Origin: Bacteroidales bacterium
GTDB taxonomy: Bacteria > Bacteroidota > Bacteroidia > Bacteroidales > UBA932
Reading direction: 5' to 3'
Assembly: GCA_017630215.1 (NCBI GenBank)
Contig: JAGBVR010000005.1
Coordinates: 34,254-98,253, forward strand
Length of the DNA: 64,000 nucleotides
In this document: in pieces, positions 1-9,956 of the stretch
Numbering within the stretch: the first letter of the stretch is position 1
Layout: the number at the start of each line of letters is the position of its first letter
Notes under the pieces: model-generated
Seen by the model: only the letters and a program-made list of their open reading frames with translations
Told to the model about the DNA's origin: nothing
Database searches by the model: none
Position numbers and translations under genes: made by a program

Positions 1-815
1 GCCATTTCAACAGTCTTGAGGATGTAGTCAGAGAAGAAATATGCTGTAGTGGTTCCACGGACGGTGTTGAAGAGGTTGGATGCAAGGGCAGCACCGATAA
101 GGAGCCACCAAGGCTTGTTCTTAAGAAGAAGCTTAAGGTCCTGGCCTACAGATACCGTAGACTCGCTCTTCACATACTCCTTTGTGAAAAGGAAGCTTAG
201 CACGAAGAGAAGACAGCAGCAAGCTGCAATCACGATCATGGCTTTCTGCCAAGCTTCAGGACTTGTAGAAATAGATGCAAGTCCGCCTGACGCCTCAGCC
301 GCTGCCACACGTGTCTTATCAAACATATTGCAGAGAGGTTCCCATATACCGAGAGCGATGAAGCTACCGCCGTATGCAAAGAACATTCTGTATGAAGACA
401 ATACAGATTTTTCATCAGAGTCTGCTGTCATCACATTCAAAAGCGATCCATAAGGTACATTGATACCTGTGTATACGGTCATCATAAGAATATAAGTGAC
501 GTATGCCCAGACTGTCTTTCCGTTTTCAGGAGTAGTGAAAAGAAGGATTCCGCAGACTGCGAACGGAAGAGAGAAGAAGAGCAGATACGGACGGTATTTA
601 CCCCAGCGGGTCTTGGTACGGTCGCACAGAATGCCCATCATTGGATCTGACACAGCGTCCCATATTCTGGTCACAAGCATAAGGACTCCGGCGTCTGCCA
701 GGCTGAGTCCGAACACATTGGAGTAGAAGAACGGAAGAAAATATGAGAAAAGCTTCCAGAACATCGATGATGACATATCACCAAAGCCGTAGCCTATTTT
801 TTCACTTAATTTCAT
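1..815 (-). CDS. GPH/MFS sugar:cation symporter (MelB-like), runs off window start
   Basis: Not in ORF track. Reverse translation from ATG at 815 gives MKLSEKIGYGFGDMSSSMFWKLFSYFLPFFYSNVFGL...DPMMGILCDRTKTRWGKYRPYLLF, a typical GPH N-terminus; lies downstream of the GH130 gene. Confidence 0.9.
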   Translation of the reverse strand, partial: MKLSEKIGYGFGDMSSSMFWKLFSYFLPFFYSNVFGLSLADAGVLMLVTRIWDAVSDPMMGILCDRTKTRWGKYRPYLLFFSLPFAVCGILLFTTPENGKTVWAYVTYILMMTVYTGINVPYGSLLNVMTADSDEKSVLSSYRMFFAYGGSFIALGIWEPLCNMFDKTRVAAAEASGGLASISTSPEAWQKAMIVIAACCCLLFVLSFLFTKEYVKSESTVSVGQDLKLLLKNKPWWLLIGAALASNLFNTVRGTTTAYFFSDYILKTVEM

Positions 816-860
816 TGGTTATTTCGTTTAATTGTTATTTGGTCTGAAATAAATATAACC

Positions 861-919
861 GCACCGCGTGGCTCGCTCCGCAGAAGCATAGGGATATGCT
901 TCGCTCGCTCACGCGGTGC
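861..919. repeat. Nested intergenic palindrome
   Basis: GCACCGCGTG (861-870) pairs with CACGCGGTGC (910-919); inner GAAGCATA/TATGCTTC stem. Confidence 0.7.
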
Positions 920-927
920 TTTAATTA

Positions 928-2085
928 TTATTTCAAATTCTTATCAATCAGACGGTTGAGACACTTCACAGTCTCACCTGTAGTGAGTCCGTCAGGCTCG
1001 GTGTTAAGACAATAGTCCACGAGACGGTCCACTGTAGAAGTAGCCACATGCATACGCGTGTCGCTTGAAGCATAATAGATGAATACCTTTCCATCTTCGT
1101 CAGCAATCCATCCATTAGTGAAAAGGACGTTCATTACATCACCGATGTATTCCTCATCCTTAGGCACCATAAGGAAGCCTGCCGGATCAGCGATAAGTTT
1201 GGTAGGATCCTCGAGAGAAGTCATATACATGTAAAGGACATAACGGAGACCTGATGCACAGCCACGGACTCCGTGTGCAAGGTGGAGCCATCCACGGTCA
1301 GTCTTGATCGGATGAGGACCCTCACCATTCTTCACTTCCTTGATTGTGTGATAGTATCTGTGGTTGATGATCTTCTCCTCCTTAACGACAGCCTTCTCCA
1401 TTGTGTCGACGAGAGCCCAGCCGATTCCGCCACCGTTTCCGGCATCGATGAATCCGTCCTGAGGACGAGTGTATAGAGCATATTTACCATCAACAAACTC
1501 CGGATGAAGAACGACATTACGCTGCTGCGAAGTCGACTCGAGGTCAGGAAGACGCTCCCAGTTCACAAGGTCCTTTGTACGGGCGATACCGGCAGCTGCA
1601 ACTGCTGAAGAGAGGTCTCCTGCAGGTGCATTCGGATCCTTGCGCTCAACACAGAAGATACCGTAAATCCAGCCATCCTCATGTGCAGTCAGACGCATAT
1701 CATATACATTGGTAGCAGGCTCACCGTACTCTGGCATTGTGATAGGACGGTCCCAGAACTTGAAGTTATCGATTCCGTTAGGGCTCTCCGCTACTGCAAA
1801 GAATGACTTGCGGTCAGCAGCCTCAACGCGCACTACAAGCACATACTTGCCATTCCACTTGATGGCACCCGAGTTGAGAGTGGCATTGATGCCGAAACGC
1901 TCCATAAGATATGGATTGGTCTCTTTGTTCAGATCATACCTCCAGAAAAGAGGAGCATGTTCATTTGTGATGATCGGATTCTTGTAACGTTCGTAAACGC
2001 CATTTCCTTCAACAGGTTCGTTCTTCTTGGTGATGAGGGCTTCGTGCTCTGCCTTAAGCCACTCTAATCTTTTTTCAAATGTCAT
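928..2085 (-). CDS. GH130 4-O-beta-D-mannosyl-D-glucose phosphorylase
   Basis: Motifs [46 protein letters not shown]; mannan locus context. Confidence 0.93.
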   Translation of the reverse strand: MTFEKRLEWLKAEHEALITKKNEPVEGNGVYERYKNPIITNEHAPLFWRYDLNKETNPYLMERFGINATLNSGAIKWNGKYVLVVRVEAADRKSFFAVAESPNGIDNFKFWDRPITMPEYGEPATNVYDMRLTAHEDGWIYGIFCVERKDPNAPAGDLSSAVAAAGIARTKDLVNWERLPDLESTSQQRNVVLHPEFVDGKYALYTRPQDGFIDAGNGGGIGWALVDTMEKAVVKEEKIINHRYYHTIKEVKNGEGPHPIKTDRGWLHLAHGVRGCASGLRYVLYMYMTSLEDPTKLIADPAGFLMVPKDEEYIGDVMNVLFTNGWIADEDGKVFIYYASSDTRMHVATSTVDRLVDYCLNTEPDGLTTGETVKCLNRLIDKNLK

Positions 2086-2137
2086 AATAGTAGTTAATTT
2101 ATAATTATTTATACCTTCATTATGTTACGGATGACAA

Positions 2138-4246
2138 CTAAAGAAACATCATCTGGTCAAGTTCAGCAAAGGCCTTGAAATCTTCTTCAGACTCTTCACC
2201 TGGGAAAGGTGCATAAAAATGGTGCTGCATATTTTCATCACACGCATTTCTCCAAGTCAGGACATATGAAACAGGGTAATCCTTGATTGCAGGGTAAAGC
2301 ACTTCTGTCCACCACTTTGGATTCTTTATACCCTCGCAGCCTGTTTCAGTCACAGCCATCAGTTTGCCGTGTTCTGCCGCAAATGCAGCCGTCATATCAA
2401 GAGAACTTTTCATCTTGGCAATGAACATATCTGCCGGCGTGAATTGATAGAAATCTATTCCCACCATATCGATGATGTCATCACCAGGATACTTGGCTCC
2501 GAAATCCTCGTAAGTGAAAAGTCCTCCTGCGTCAGGAGAATATGACCATACGAGATGGTCGAAGCCGCGTTCCTTTGTCATATAATCATATGTCATACGC
2601 CACAGGGCCTTATACTGATCCACTGTACAAAGATCCACTCCCCACCAGAAGAAGTTTCTGGTATGCTCATGCCAAGGACGGAAGATCACAGGAACAGGCT
2701 TTCCGTCCGGGGTCTTGATCGACTCGAGATAATCGGCAGCCTTTGAAAGCCAGCCCATGAAGAATTCGTGCTTCTCTCCTCCTGGAAGGATGGATGCCAC
2801 CACCTCTTTTGAGGAAGTATCCCAGGTATCTCCTCCGGTGAGTGGATTGCGAGGATGCCATGAGAATGTCACCACACCGCCTCTGAGATGATGAGCGACA
2901 GCAGCCGCTCTCATCTTGTTGAAATCATTATTGTCGATATTGGTCGGAGAATCAAGTTCGATTCCTCCCAGATCCATTCCGGCAAGAGCCGGATAAGCAC
3001 CGGCCACATCCTTGATATCGGACTTCTCGAATGCTGTCTCATCAGAATCGATCTTCCACGAATGTCCGTAAAGATAGGTATCCTGATGTCCGAACATTAT
3101 CTTTTTCTGACCGATAAGTCCGGAAAGATGTGAAAGAAGTTCCGTACGAGGAGTTTCAAGGAACATCATCTTGTCAAGTCCGGCAAAGGCCTCGAAGTCC
3201 TTCTGAGACTCGTGGCCGGGATAAGGTGCATAAAAATGGTGCTGCATATTGTCATCACAAGCATTTCTCCATACAAGAACATAAGAAACAGGGTAATCCT
3301 TCATCACGGCATAAAGCACCTCTGTCCACCATTTCGGATCCTTTACGCCTTCATAACCTGTCTCGGTGATGGCCATAAGCTTGCCATGTTCATCGGCAAA
3401 GGCCTTGGTGATATCAAGAGCATTCTTCATCTTAGACATATAGTCCTCACGGGTGCTGTAGAAATAGCAGTCGAAACCCACCATATCGATAATTTCATCG
3501 CCAGGATATCTCTCACCGAACACCTCCGTTGAAGTAAGTTCACCGGCACCAGGAGAATATGCCCAGACAAGGTTTGTCAAACCACGTTCACCGACCATAT
3601 AGTCATAAGTCATCTGCCAGAGAGCCTTGTACTGCTCTGTAGTACACAGTCTCTGTCCCCACCAGAACCAGCTGCCGGTGTGCTCATGCCAAGGTCTCCA
3701 GATGACAGGCACTGTCTCACCGTCTGCTGTCTTGATTGACTCAAGGAAGTCGGCAGCATTCTCAAGCCAAGTCATAAAATATTCATGCTTCTCCCCGCCG
3801 GGAAGTATGGAAGCAACCACCTGGTCTGAAGTAACATCCCAAGCATCTCCTCCAGTGAGGGGATTGCGTGGATGCCATGAGAATGTAACCACTCCGCCAC
3901 GCTCGTGATGTGCGACAGCAGAAGCGCGCATATGGTCGAAATTGTTCTTATCAAGGTTGGCCGGCCAATCAAGTTCGACTCCGCCCAGATCCATTCCATA
4001 TACTGCCGGATACTTTCCGCATGATGCCTTGACATCCGACTGAACGAACATATCCGCATCTTCCTCGATCTTCCAGGAATGACCGTACATAAGGTCATCC
4101 TGATGTCCGAACATTATCTTTCCTTCCTCGATCTGTGCGGAAAGGCGCTCCAGAAGAGCGTCAGCAGGGGTCTGGACAGACTTATCCGAGACACAAGATA
4201 CGATTGCCAATGTTGCAAAAATCATTGATAGGGATTTCTGTATCAT
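2138..4246 (-). CDS. Lipoprotein with two tandem GH26 beta-mannanase domains
   Basis: Two copies each of MFGHQD, FSWHPRNP, RPWHEH (acid/base) and TETG (nucleophile); lipobox IVSC; likely start MIQKSL at 4246. Confidence 0.92.
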   Translation of the reverse strand: MIQKSLSMIFATLAIVSCVSDKSVQTPADALLERLSAQIEEGKIMFGHQDDLMYGHSWKIEEDADMFVQSDVKASCGKYPAVYGMDLGGVELDWPANLDKNNFDHMRASAVAHHERGGVVTFSWHPRNPLTGGDAWDVTSDQVVASILPGGEKHEYFMTWLENAADFLESIKTADGETVPVIWRPWHEHTGSWFWWGQRLCTTEQYKALWQMTYDYMVGERGLTNLVWAYSPGAGELTSTEVFGERYPGDEIIDMVGFDCYFYSTREDYMSKMKNALDITKAFADEHGKLMAITETGYEGVKDPKWWTEVLYAVMKDYPVSYVLVWRNACDDNMQHHFYAPYPGHESQKDFEAFAGLDKMMFLETPRTELLSHLSGLIGQKKIMFGHQDTYLYGHSWKIDSDETAFEKSDIKDVAGAYPALAGMDLGGIELDSPTNIDNNDFNKMRAAAVAHHLRGGVVTFSWHPRNPLTGGDTWDTSSKEVVASILPGGEKHEFFMGWLSKAADYLESIKTPDGKPVPVIFRPWHEHTRNFFWWGVDLCTVDQYKALWRMTYDYMTKERGFDHLVWSYSPDAGGLFTYEDFGAKYPGDDIIDMVGIDFYQFTPADMFIAKMKSSLDMTAAFAAEHGKLMAVTETGCEGIKNPKWWTEVLYPAIKDYPVSYVLTWRNACDENMQHHFYAPFPGEESEEDFKAFAELDQMMFL

Positions 4247-4272
4247 AAGTTTATAGTTTATAGTTGTTTTAT

Positions 4273-4362
4273 AGATTCTCACGTCGCCTTGCAGGCTCCT
4301 CAGAATGACAGAAGAACGAGGCTCCTCAGAATGACAAAAGAACGAGGCTCCTCAGAATGACA
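4273..4362 (-). repeat. TGTCAT-tagged REP-like palindrome with two 26-bp truncated tandem copies
   Basis: AGGCTCCTCAGAATGACA x3 at 26-bp period; only the 4273-4310 copy is a complete palindrome. Confidence 0.85.
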
Positions 4363-4367
4363 GTCCG

Positions 4368-5897
4368 TTACTTCGGAGCATTGCGGTAAACGTCCTCGAG
4401 AGTGAGGGAGTTGCTGTAGGATGTGACCATGGCCTGGATTGCGGCCTTAGCTTCAGCAGAGCAGTATTCTCCGGTGCCATGGTCAATGAAAGCATGACGC
4501 TCATTGCCGGCACCATGGGCGCCATTGTCCCAGATGATCGAAGGAACGCCGTAGGTCTTTGAGAGTTTTGCGAAATACTTGAGATAGTACTGCTGGAAGG
4601 CCTGTTCGCGGGCATTGCCACGATTCACGCAGCCGAACTCGCCAAGATAGACAGGGATGCCTTTCGAGATATAGTTTACATATATCTTTTCAAAGACCTT
4701 CTTCAGGTCTGCCTCGTTGTCTCCCGGAGCCTTCTTGGAAGCCTGAGCCGTATGTCCCCACTCTGAATACTTTGCAGTAAGGGTATACTCGGACGGATCA
4801 TAGCAATGAACCGATATCATAAGACGGTCAGTCGCCGAGTCTGTCGGCATTACAAAGGATTCGATGGCGATATCCACATTGGTACAGTATGCAGGAATGC
4901 CGAGGATACGGTCAGCATTACAGCCACCGCTGGCACGCACAGCATCCACAAATGCCTGATTCCATTCATTCATACACTGGTACTGCTTGCCTCCGTCCTT
5001 ACGGTTCGCTCCCCAGCCCCAGCTGCCGTCATGAATCTCATTGAAAGCCTCGAAAATAAGGAACTCGCCCTTGTCCTGGAATTTATCGGCAATCTGACTC
5101 CAGACTGCTGTAATCTGAGCAAGTACTCTCTCCTGCACCTCAGCATTTCTCGAAGCACCGAGGATGTCCAGCCAATATTTGCTGTCGCCTCCGTCATGAT
5201 GTATATTGACAATGGCATTCAGGCCGGCCGCTTCAGCATAACCTACGACTTCCGCCACTCTGTCAAGCCAAGCATCCTCTATCTTATAGTCCGGAGCCTC
5301 ACCTATATGTCCCATCCAGGTCACAGGAATGCGGACTGTGGTGAAACCTGCCGCCTTCAGCTTATTGAATGTAGCCTGAGTGGCCTTAGGATTGCCCCAG
5401 AATGTTTCGCCCGATACTCCGTTATTGTGAGCATCGAAGTGATTTCCGAGGTTCCAGCCCAGACCGAGTCTTCCGGCAAATCTCCAGGCAAGATTTCCAT
5501 TATCTTCTGGCACAACGGATCCACCGCCATTTCCCCCTTCGCCAGGCGGCACAGGGGCCTCGGTCTGAAGGATATCCAGGTACTTCTTCTCTTCTCCAGC
5601 CACGACAGCAAGTCTGGTCTGACGCTCTTCTGGCAATACATTCTTTTCTACAGTCACTGTCACGACTGTCTTATTGTCTGTGACAGTTCCTTTCTTTGTC
5701 TTTACCCAGTTTTCCTCCGGTACGAGATAGAGCTTTTCAGATGTAGTCACTGTAAAAGTCTGATCACCACCTTCGTGGGTAAATTGCATAAAAGTCTTAT
5801 CGATGGACAATGCGACCTTTTCATTCGGTGCTGGTGTTTCCGGACCACATCCTATGGTCAGAAACAATGATGTAAGTATGTATAGTATCTTTTTCAT
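4368..5897 (-). CDS. BACON-domain GH5 endoglucanase/mannanase lipoprotein
   Basis: GWNLGN, VRIPVTW, NIHHD, FEAFNE, GEFG, WDNG; BACON-like N-terminal region; lipobox TIGC; likely start MKKILY at 5897. Confidence 0.9.
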   Translation of the reverse strand: MKKILYILTSLFLTIGCGPETPAPNEKVALSIDKTFMQFTHEGGDQTFTVTTSEKLYLVPEENWVKTKKGTVTDNKTVVTVTVEKNVLPEERQTRLAVVAGEEKKYLDILQTEAPVPPGEGGNGGGSVVPEDNGNLAWRFAGRLGLGWNLGNHFDAHNNGVSGETFWGNPKATQATFNKLKAAGFTTVRIPVTWMGHIGEAPDYKIEDAWLDRVAEVVGYAEAAGLNAIVNIHHDGGDSKYWLDILGASRNAEVQERVLAQITAVWSQIADKFQDKGEFLIFEAFNEIHDGSWGWGANRKDGGKQYQCMNEWNQAFVDAVRASGGCNADRILGIPAYCTNVDIAIESFVMPTDSATDRLMISVHCYDPSEYTLTAKYSEWGHTAQASKKAPGDNEADLKKVFEKIYVNYISKGIPVYLGEFGCVNRGNAREQAFQQYYLKYFAKLSKTYGVPSIIWDNGAHGAGNERHAFIDHGTGEYCSAEAKAAIQAMVTSYSNSLTLEDVYRNAPK

Positions 5898-5908
5898 AGT
5901 CTTTTTAT

Positions 5909-5942
5909 AGATTGTCACGTCGCTTCGCTCCTCACATTGACA
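5909..5942 (-). repeat. Solo degenerate TGTCAT-family palindrome
   Basis: AGATTGTCACGTCGCTTCGCTCCTCACATTGACA resembles the complete copy at 4273-4310. Confidence 0.7.
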
Positions 5943-5979
5943 ATTAAACATATCATGGCGAGGCTCGTAGAGCCGTGGC

Positions 5980-7464
5980 CTATTTCAAATCAGGCATATC
6001 TTCACGGTTCATCACGTATGGGCTGGAGATGACCTTCTTCCAGTAATCTGATGTATTCAGTTTGAAATTGGCATCCGATGGGGTAAGAACAATGTTTCCG
6101 TTGGAGTCAGAGTTGCACCATACCATAAACCACGACCATTTGTTGCCAGCATCGAAACATTTGGCAGGATCCGGGATATTGCCGCATTCGCTGACAGTCA
6201 CGAGTTTCTTTCCCTTGGTCAGATCCACGAGAGCCTGATACTGCCTGGTCTTGGCATCGGTATTTGTCTCATATATATCCACTCCGAGGATATCCACATA
6301 TTCATCTCCAGGATACCAGTCGAGATATTGATCTTCCGCACCCTTGGTCACATCCACTGTCCACACCCAGATGAGGTTATCCAGCCCATATACATTCACA
6401 AGCTGGTCATAAAGGAGCCTCCAAAGCTGCTTGCAAGGCTCTGCGCCGTGTCTGCCCCACCAGAACCAGGCACCGTTCGGACCATAGAGGTTATAGTTTC
6501 CGGCAGCCTCGTGAAGCGGACGCCAGATCACAGGAATATTCTCATTCTCAAGAAGCTGGAGATAACCGGCAACCTCCTCGATATCCTTCATAATGAAGTC
6601 GTTCTGCCAGGTACCTGGCTTCAGAGCCTCACGGATATCGAAAGAAGTCTGGTCACAATAGAATGCGTATCCGTCGAAATTGTAATTATTGACGCCATTG
6701 TCCCAATCTGTCTTGCTGTTCGGCACATTCCAATGCCACATATAATTCACCAGACCGCCTGCAGCCCACTGCTCCTTAGGCGCAGATATGTCATTGTAGT
6801 TCTGAACCCAGCTCCAGTTGTCAGGAGTCGGAGAGAACTGAAGGAAGAGGAAGTCGTAACCTGCCAGAGCCGGATGCTTTCCAGTGTGCTTGTAGACAGC
6901 ATCCACGAAATCATTCTTATGTGAATGGCTCGACTGCACGCCGCTGAGAGTCTTCTTTCCGCTCTGTTCCAGAAGGAAATTGTATACATTCTTCGCCTGC
7001 TGGGAAGCATTCGGGTTCACGAGAGACTTGACCGGATCCAGTTCCGAAGGCTCATAAGGCTCTACATATTTCATTGTGAAAGAGAAGCGGATCTCATCAG
7101 CAGTATCCTGATGCTCCTTGAATCCGGATATCGTACCCTTAGGAATCACCAGGGTGTAAGTCTTGCCGTTTTCTTCCAATGAGACAATGTCCACCGTCAC
7201 CTTCTCATTGAAGGCATTCACCTTCGCGAGAGTCGCACCATTGTCAATGGTGACATTCTGCTGCTGGGCAGAAGGACATTTCACATTCTGATCGAAGATC
7301 AATGTCACCGTCAATTTCTTACCGGTCACCCCTGTAACTCCATTCTCAGGAGTGACAGACAAAAGTACCGGACCGGCAACAGGTTTCTCCACCACCGGCG
7401 GTTTCTCCGAACAGCCTGCAAGGAACAAGCATATTGAAAGAACTATTATTGAGAATCTTTTCAT
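5980..7464 (-). CDS. GH26 beta-mannanase lipoprotein with N-terminal Ig-like domain
   Basis: WRPLHEAAG, WFWWG, WYPGDEYVDILGVDIY, SECG; lipobox LAGC. Confidence 0.92.
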   Translation of the reverse strand: MKRFSIIVLSICLFLAGCSEKPPVVEKPVAGPVLLSVTPENGVTGVTGKKLTVTLIFDQNVKCPSAQQQNVTIDNGATLAKVNAFNEKVTVDIVSLEENGKTYTLVIPKGTISGFKEHQDTADEIRFSFTMKYVEPYEPSELDPVKSLVNPNASQQAKNVYNFLLEQSGKKTLSGVQSSHSHKNDFVDAVYKHTGKHPALAGYDFLFLQFSPTPDNWSWVQNYNDISAPKEQWAAGGLVNYMWHWNVPNSKTDWDNGVNNYNFDGYAFYCDQTSFDIREALKPGTWQNDFIMKDIEEVAGYLQLLENENIPVIWRPLHEAAGNYNLYGPNGAWFWWGRHGAEPCKQLWRLLYDQLVNVYGLDNLIWVWTVDVTKGAEDQYLDWYPGDEYVDILGVDIYETNTDAKTRQYQALVDLTKGKKLVTVSECGNIPDPAKCFDAGNKWSWFMVWCNSDSNGNIVLTPSDANFKLNTSDYWKKVISSPYVMNREDMPDLK

Positions 7465-7483
7465 CTTATGTTGTTTTACCGGC

Positions 7484-7513
7484 TCCAGAGGGGGCGGTCA
7501 GGCCCCCTCTGGA
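7484..7513. terminator. GC-rich stem-loop after the surface glycan-binding gene (terminator or mRNA stabiliser)
   Basis: TCCAGAGGGGGC-6 nt loop-GCCCCCTCTGGA, perfect 12-bp stem; no clear U tract on the minus strand. Confidence 0.55.
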
Positions 7514-7524
7514 AAATATAGGGA

Positions 7525-9951
7525 TTACAGGAGAGTAATCTTTGTAACCTTTACATTGTCACCATTCAGAACGAATGTACCGCCCCACCACTGCTGTACA
7601 TAAGCAGCGTCGAGCATTGCCTGAGTCAGGGTAAGCTTATACTTGCCACCGTTTGCATCGAGATCATACTCTGTAAACTTACCGCCTTCTGTGTCGTTAC
7701 CTACTGAACAGAAGCTGCAGTATGTAGGACCCCAGTGACCTTCTACAATCTCAAGTTTCCAAGCTGGATCAAGAGGCTCGATGTAGAAGTTAAGGATCTG
7801 TCCAGCCTGAGCACCTGCCTGCTGAAGCTCGAGACCAGCATCTGAGAGAGCATATGGCTGGTTAGCCCAATCGTCAGCGATGAGTTCACCTTCCCAGAGA
7901 GTAACCTCCTGAGAAATCTCAGATGTAAGGGTAAGCTTTGTAATGGTGTAGTTTGCACCTGTCATCACGAGACCACCCTGGTTAACGAGCATATCGATAT
8001 CGGCTGCTGTGAGCTTGATAGAATAGTATGTAGTTCCCGCAGTCATAGGGATGTTACCATCTCCCTGTCCCAGACTTGAGGCAATCTCCACACCTGAAGG
8101 TATTGAAGCCCAACTTCCGTTAGCGAAGCGTACCTGCCAGTAGTCTGCCTCATGGAGAGTGAAGTATGCAGTCAGGATTGTACCTGGCTTGACTGTAGAC
8201 CAGTCATAACCGCCCCATGCAAGATCCTGCATACCGCTCCAGTTGAGAGATGCCTCGCCTTCCCAGATAGTCTTGATGTCAAGTTCGAGACCTACCTCGA
8301 TCTGAGTAGCGACAGTCTCTACATCACCGCTGAAGAGGTGGAAGCTGAGAGAATGCATACCAGCCTTGTTCCAAGGCATGAGGAAGCGTACTTCCTCATC
8401 TGTACGGAGGCTGTACTGAGTAACCTTCACATCACCGATGAAAATATTCTCTACAAGGCTGAAGTTAGATCCCTTGAGAACAACTTCCTGTCCGATGTGC
8501 TGCATTGCAGGCATCTCAGTAACGATCACGAGTGAGTGATAGTTAACCTTCACCTCGTCAGCAGACTCGACTACAACACCGTTTGCAAGAGAAAGGGCCA
8601 CCTTTCCTGAAACAGAAGTAAGAGAAGTCTTTACGATGACAGCACCATCAGCATATTCAAACTCAGCATCACGTCCGCCGAGGGTCGCACCAGTCACAAG
8701 GTCGAGATCCTGACCGCTTACAGTAATGTTCTCGTCACCTGCATAAAGCTCGAGCGGAGTCATTGAAGTAATGACTGGCTTCACAAGCTCGATAGCTGCT
8801 GTCTCGACAGTCTTGCCATTTGCAAGAGAGAGGACAACTGTTCCGTCAGTCGCAGCTGCAGGGATGGCGAAAGTGATCTTGTTGTCAACATATGCATAGT
8901 CGAGAGCTGTACCTGCAAGGGTTGCACCTGTCACGAGGTCGAGATCCTTACCGGTAACCACTGCATTGAGACCAGCCTTGTAACGGCTCTCTGCTGCAAT
9001 TGCCACATTTGTAGGAACCACTGTTGTGTAGGCACCTGCCTTGAACTCCTTGCCTGCGTAAGAAGTGAGAACGATCTCACCTTCCACTACAGAAGCAGGA
9101 AGAACGACCTTTACAGACTTGTGATCTTCTGCAAGAGCGAAATCCACATCTGTATAAGCAGCACCGTCAGCCGTAGTAACCACAAAAGCAGCCTTAGCGA
9201 TCATATCAAGATAATCACCCTGAACTGTAATATCTGCACCGGCCTTGAGCATTCCTCTGTCTGCAGACTTCACTGTAGGATCACCGATTGTAAGGTCTTC
9301 CTTAGAAGGAACATTGTTAGGGATGAGACCGTCAGGATTGTTGTTCTCGTCCACGTCACCGATAGTCACAGGACCTGTGATGGCATTGGAAGGAACGATG
9401 AACTTGAGCTCACGGCGACTCTTCTCAGTGATCTGCTCGCCAGTTACATACACACCGCCACCAAGGACGATCTGCTGTACATTATAAAGGTAATCACCCT
9501 TTACAGTCACCACATCACCAGGCATTGCTGCTGCAGGAGAGAACGAATCAAGAACGATACCTTCTGTAAATTCAATATCAGCCTTACTCTTGTAAGTGTT
9601 GCCGGCATTATCCACGATAACTACAGGACCGGTAACTGACTCATCCTCAGCACCTGCTGCAGGAGTCACCACGCGGATCTCGCTGACTCTGCCTGAAGAA
9701 ACCACTTCGATTTCTGTAATAGGCTCAGCGCCAGGAATCTGCACCTCGACGATCTTATCGAGATTACTACCCATGATTCGGAGTTCCGCACCGCGGACTA
9801 CCGGATTTGGGGCAAATGCACCGAATACCACTGCACTATCGGAGAACTGCTCGGTAGAGACTTCTTCACGAGTACATGCTACCGCTCCAATGAGTGAGCA
9901 AAGGGCAATAAGTGCTGAAAACTTAAATATCTTTTTCATATTCTTTCCCAT
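7525..9951 (-). CDS. Surface glycan-binding lipoprotein with repeated IPT/TIG domains
   Basis: Lipobox AVAC, repeated G.(N/D)LD.V Ig-like repeats, Trp-rich C-terminal CBM-like modules; lies downstream of SusD. Confidence 0.8.
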   Translation of the reverse strand: MGKNMKKIFKFSALIALCSLIGAVACTREEVSTEQFSDSAVVFGAFAPNPVVRGAELRIMGSNLDKIVEVQIPGAEPITEIEVVSSGRVSEIRVVTPAAGAEDESVTGPVVIVDNAGNTYKSKADIEFTEGIVLDSFSPAAAMPGDVVTVKGDYLYNVQQIVLGGGVYVTGEQITEKSRRELKFIVPSNAITGPVTIGDVDENNNPDGLIPNNVPSKEDLTIGDPTVKSADRGMLKAGADITVQGDYLDMIAKAAFVVTTADGAAYTDVDFALAEDHKSVKVVLPASVVEGEIVLTSYAGKEFKAGAYTTVVPTNVAIAAESRYKAGLNAVVTGKDLDLVTGATLAGTALDYAYVDNKITFAIPAAATDGTVVLSLANGKTVETAAIELVKPVITSMTPLELYAGDENITVSGQDLDLVTGATLGGRDAEFEYADGAVIVKTSLTSVSGKVALSLANGVVVESADEVKVNYHSLVIVTEMPAMQHIGQEVVLKGSNFSLVENIFIGDVKVTQYSLRTDEEVRFLMPWNKAGMHSLSFHLFSGDVETVATQIEVGLELDIKTIWEGEASLNWSGMQDLAWGGYDWSTVKPGTILTAYFTLHEADYWQVRFANGSWASIPSGVEIASSLGQGDGNIPMTAGTTYYSIKLTAADIDMLVNQGGLVMTGANYTITKLTLTSEISQEVTLWEGELIADDWANQPYALSDAGLELQQAGAQAGQILNFYIEPLDPAWKLEIVEGHWGPTYCSFCSVGNDTEGGKFTEYDLDANGGKYKLTLTQAMLDAAYVQQWWGGTFVLNGDNVKVTKITLL

Positions 9952-9956
9952 TTAAA

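Noticed and set aside
49-726. Plus-strand ORFs 49-453 and 496-726
   Set aside because: Antisense to the GPH transporter read on the minus strand.
5962-5974. GGCTC-GTA-GAGCC hairpin as a second DGR signal
   Set aside because: The adjacent GH26 3' end shows no NNC codon bias. It also shows that GTA-loop hairpins alone are not diagnostic.
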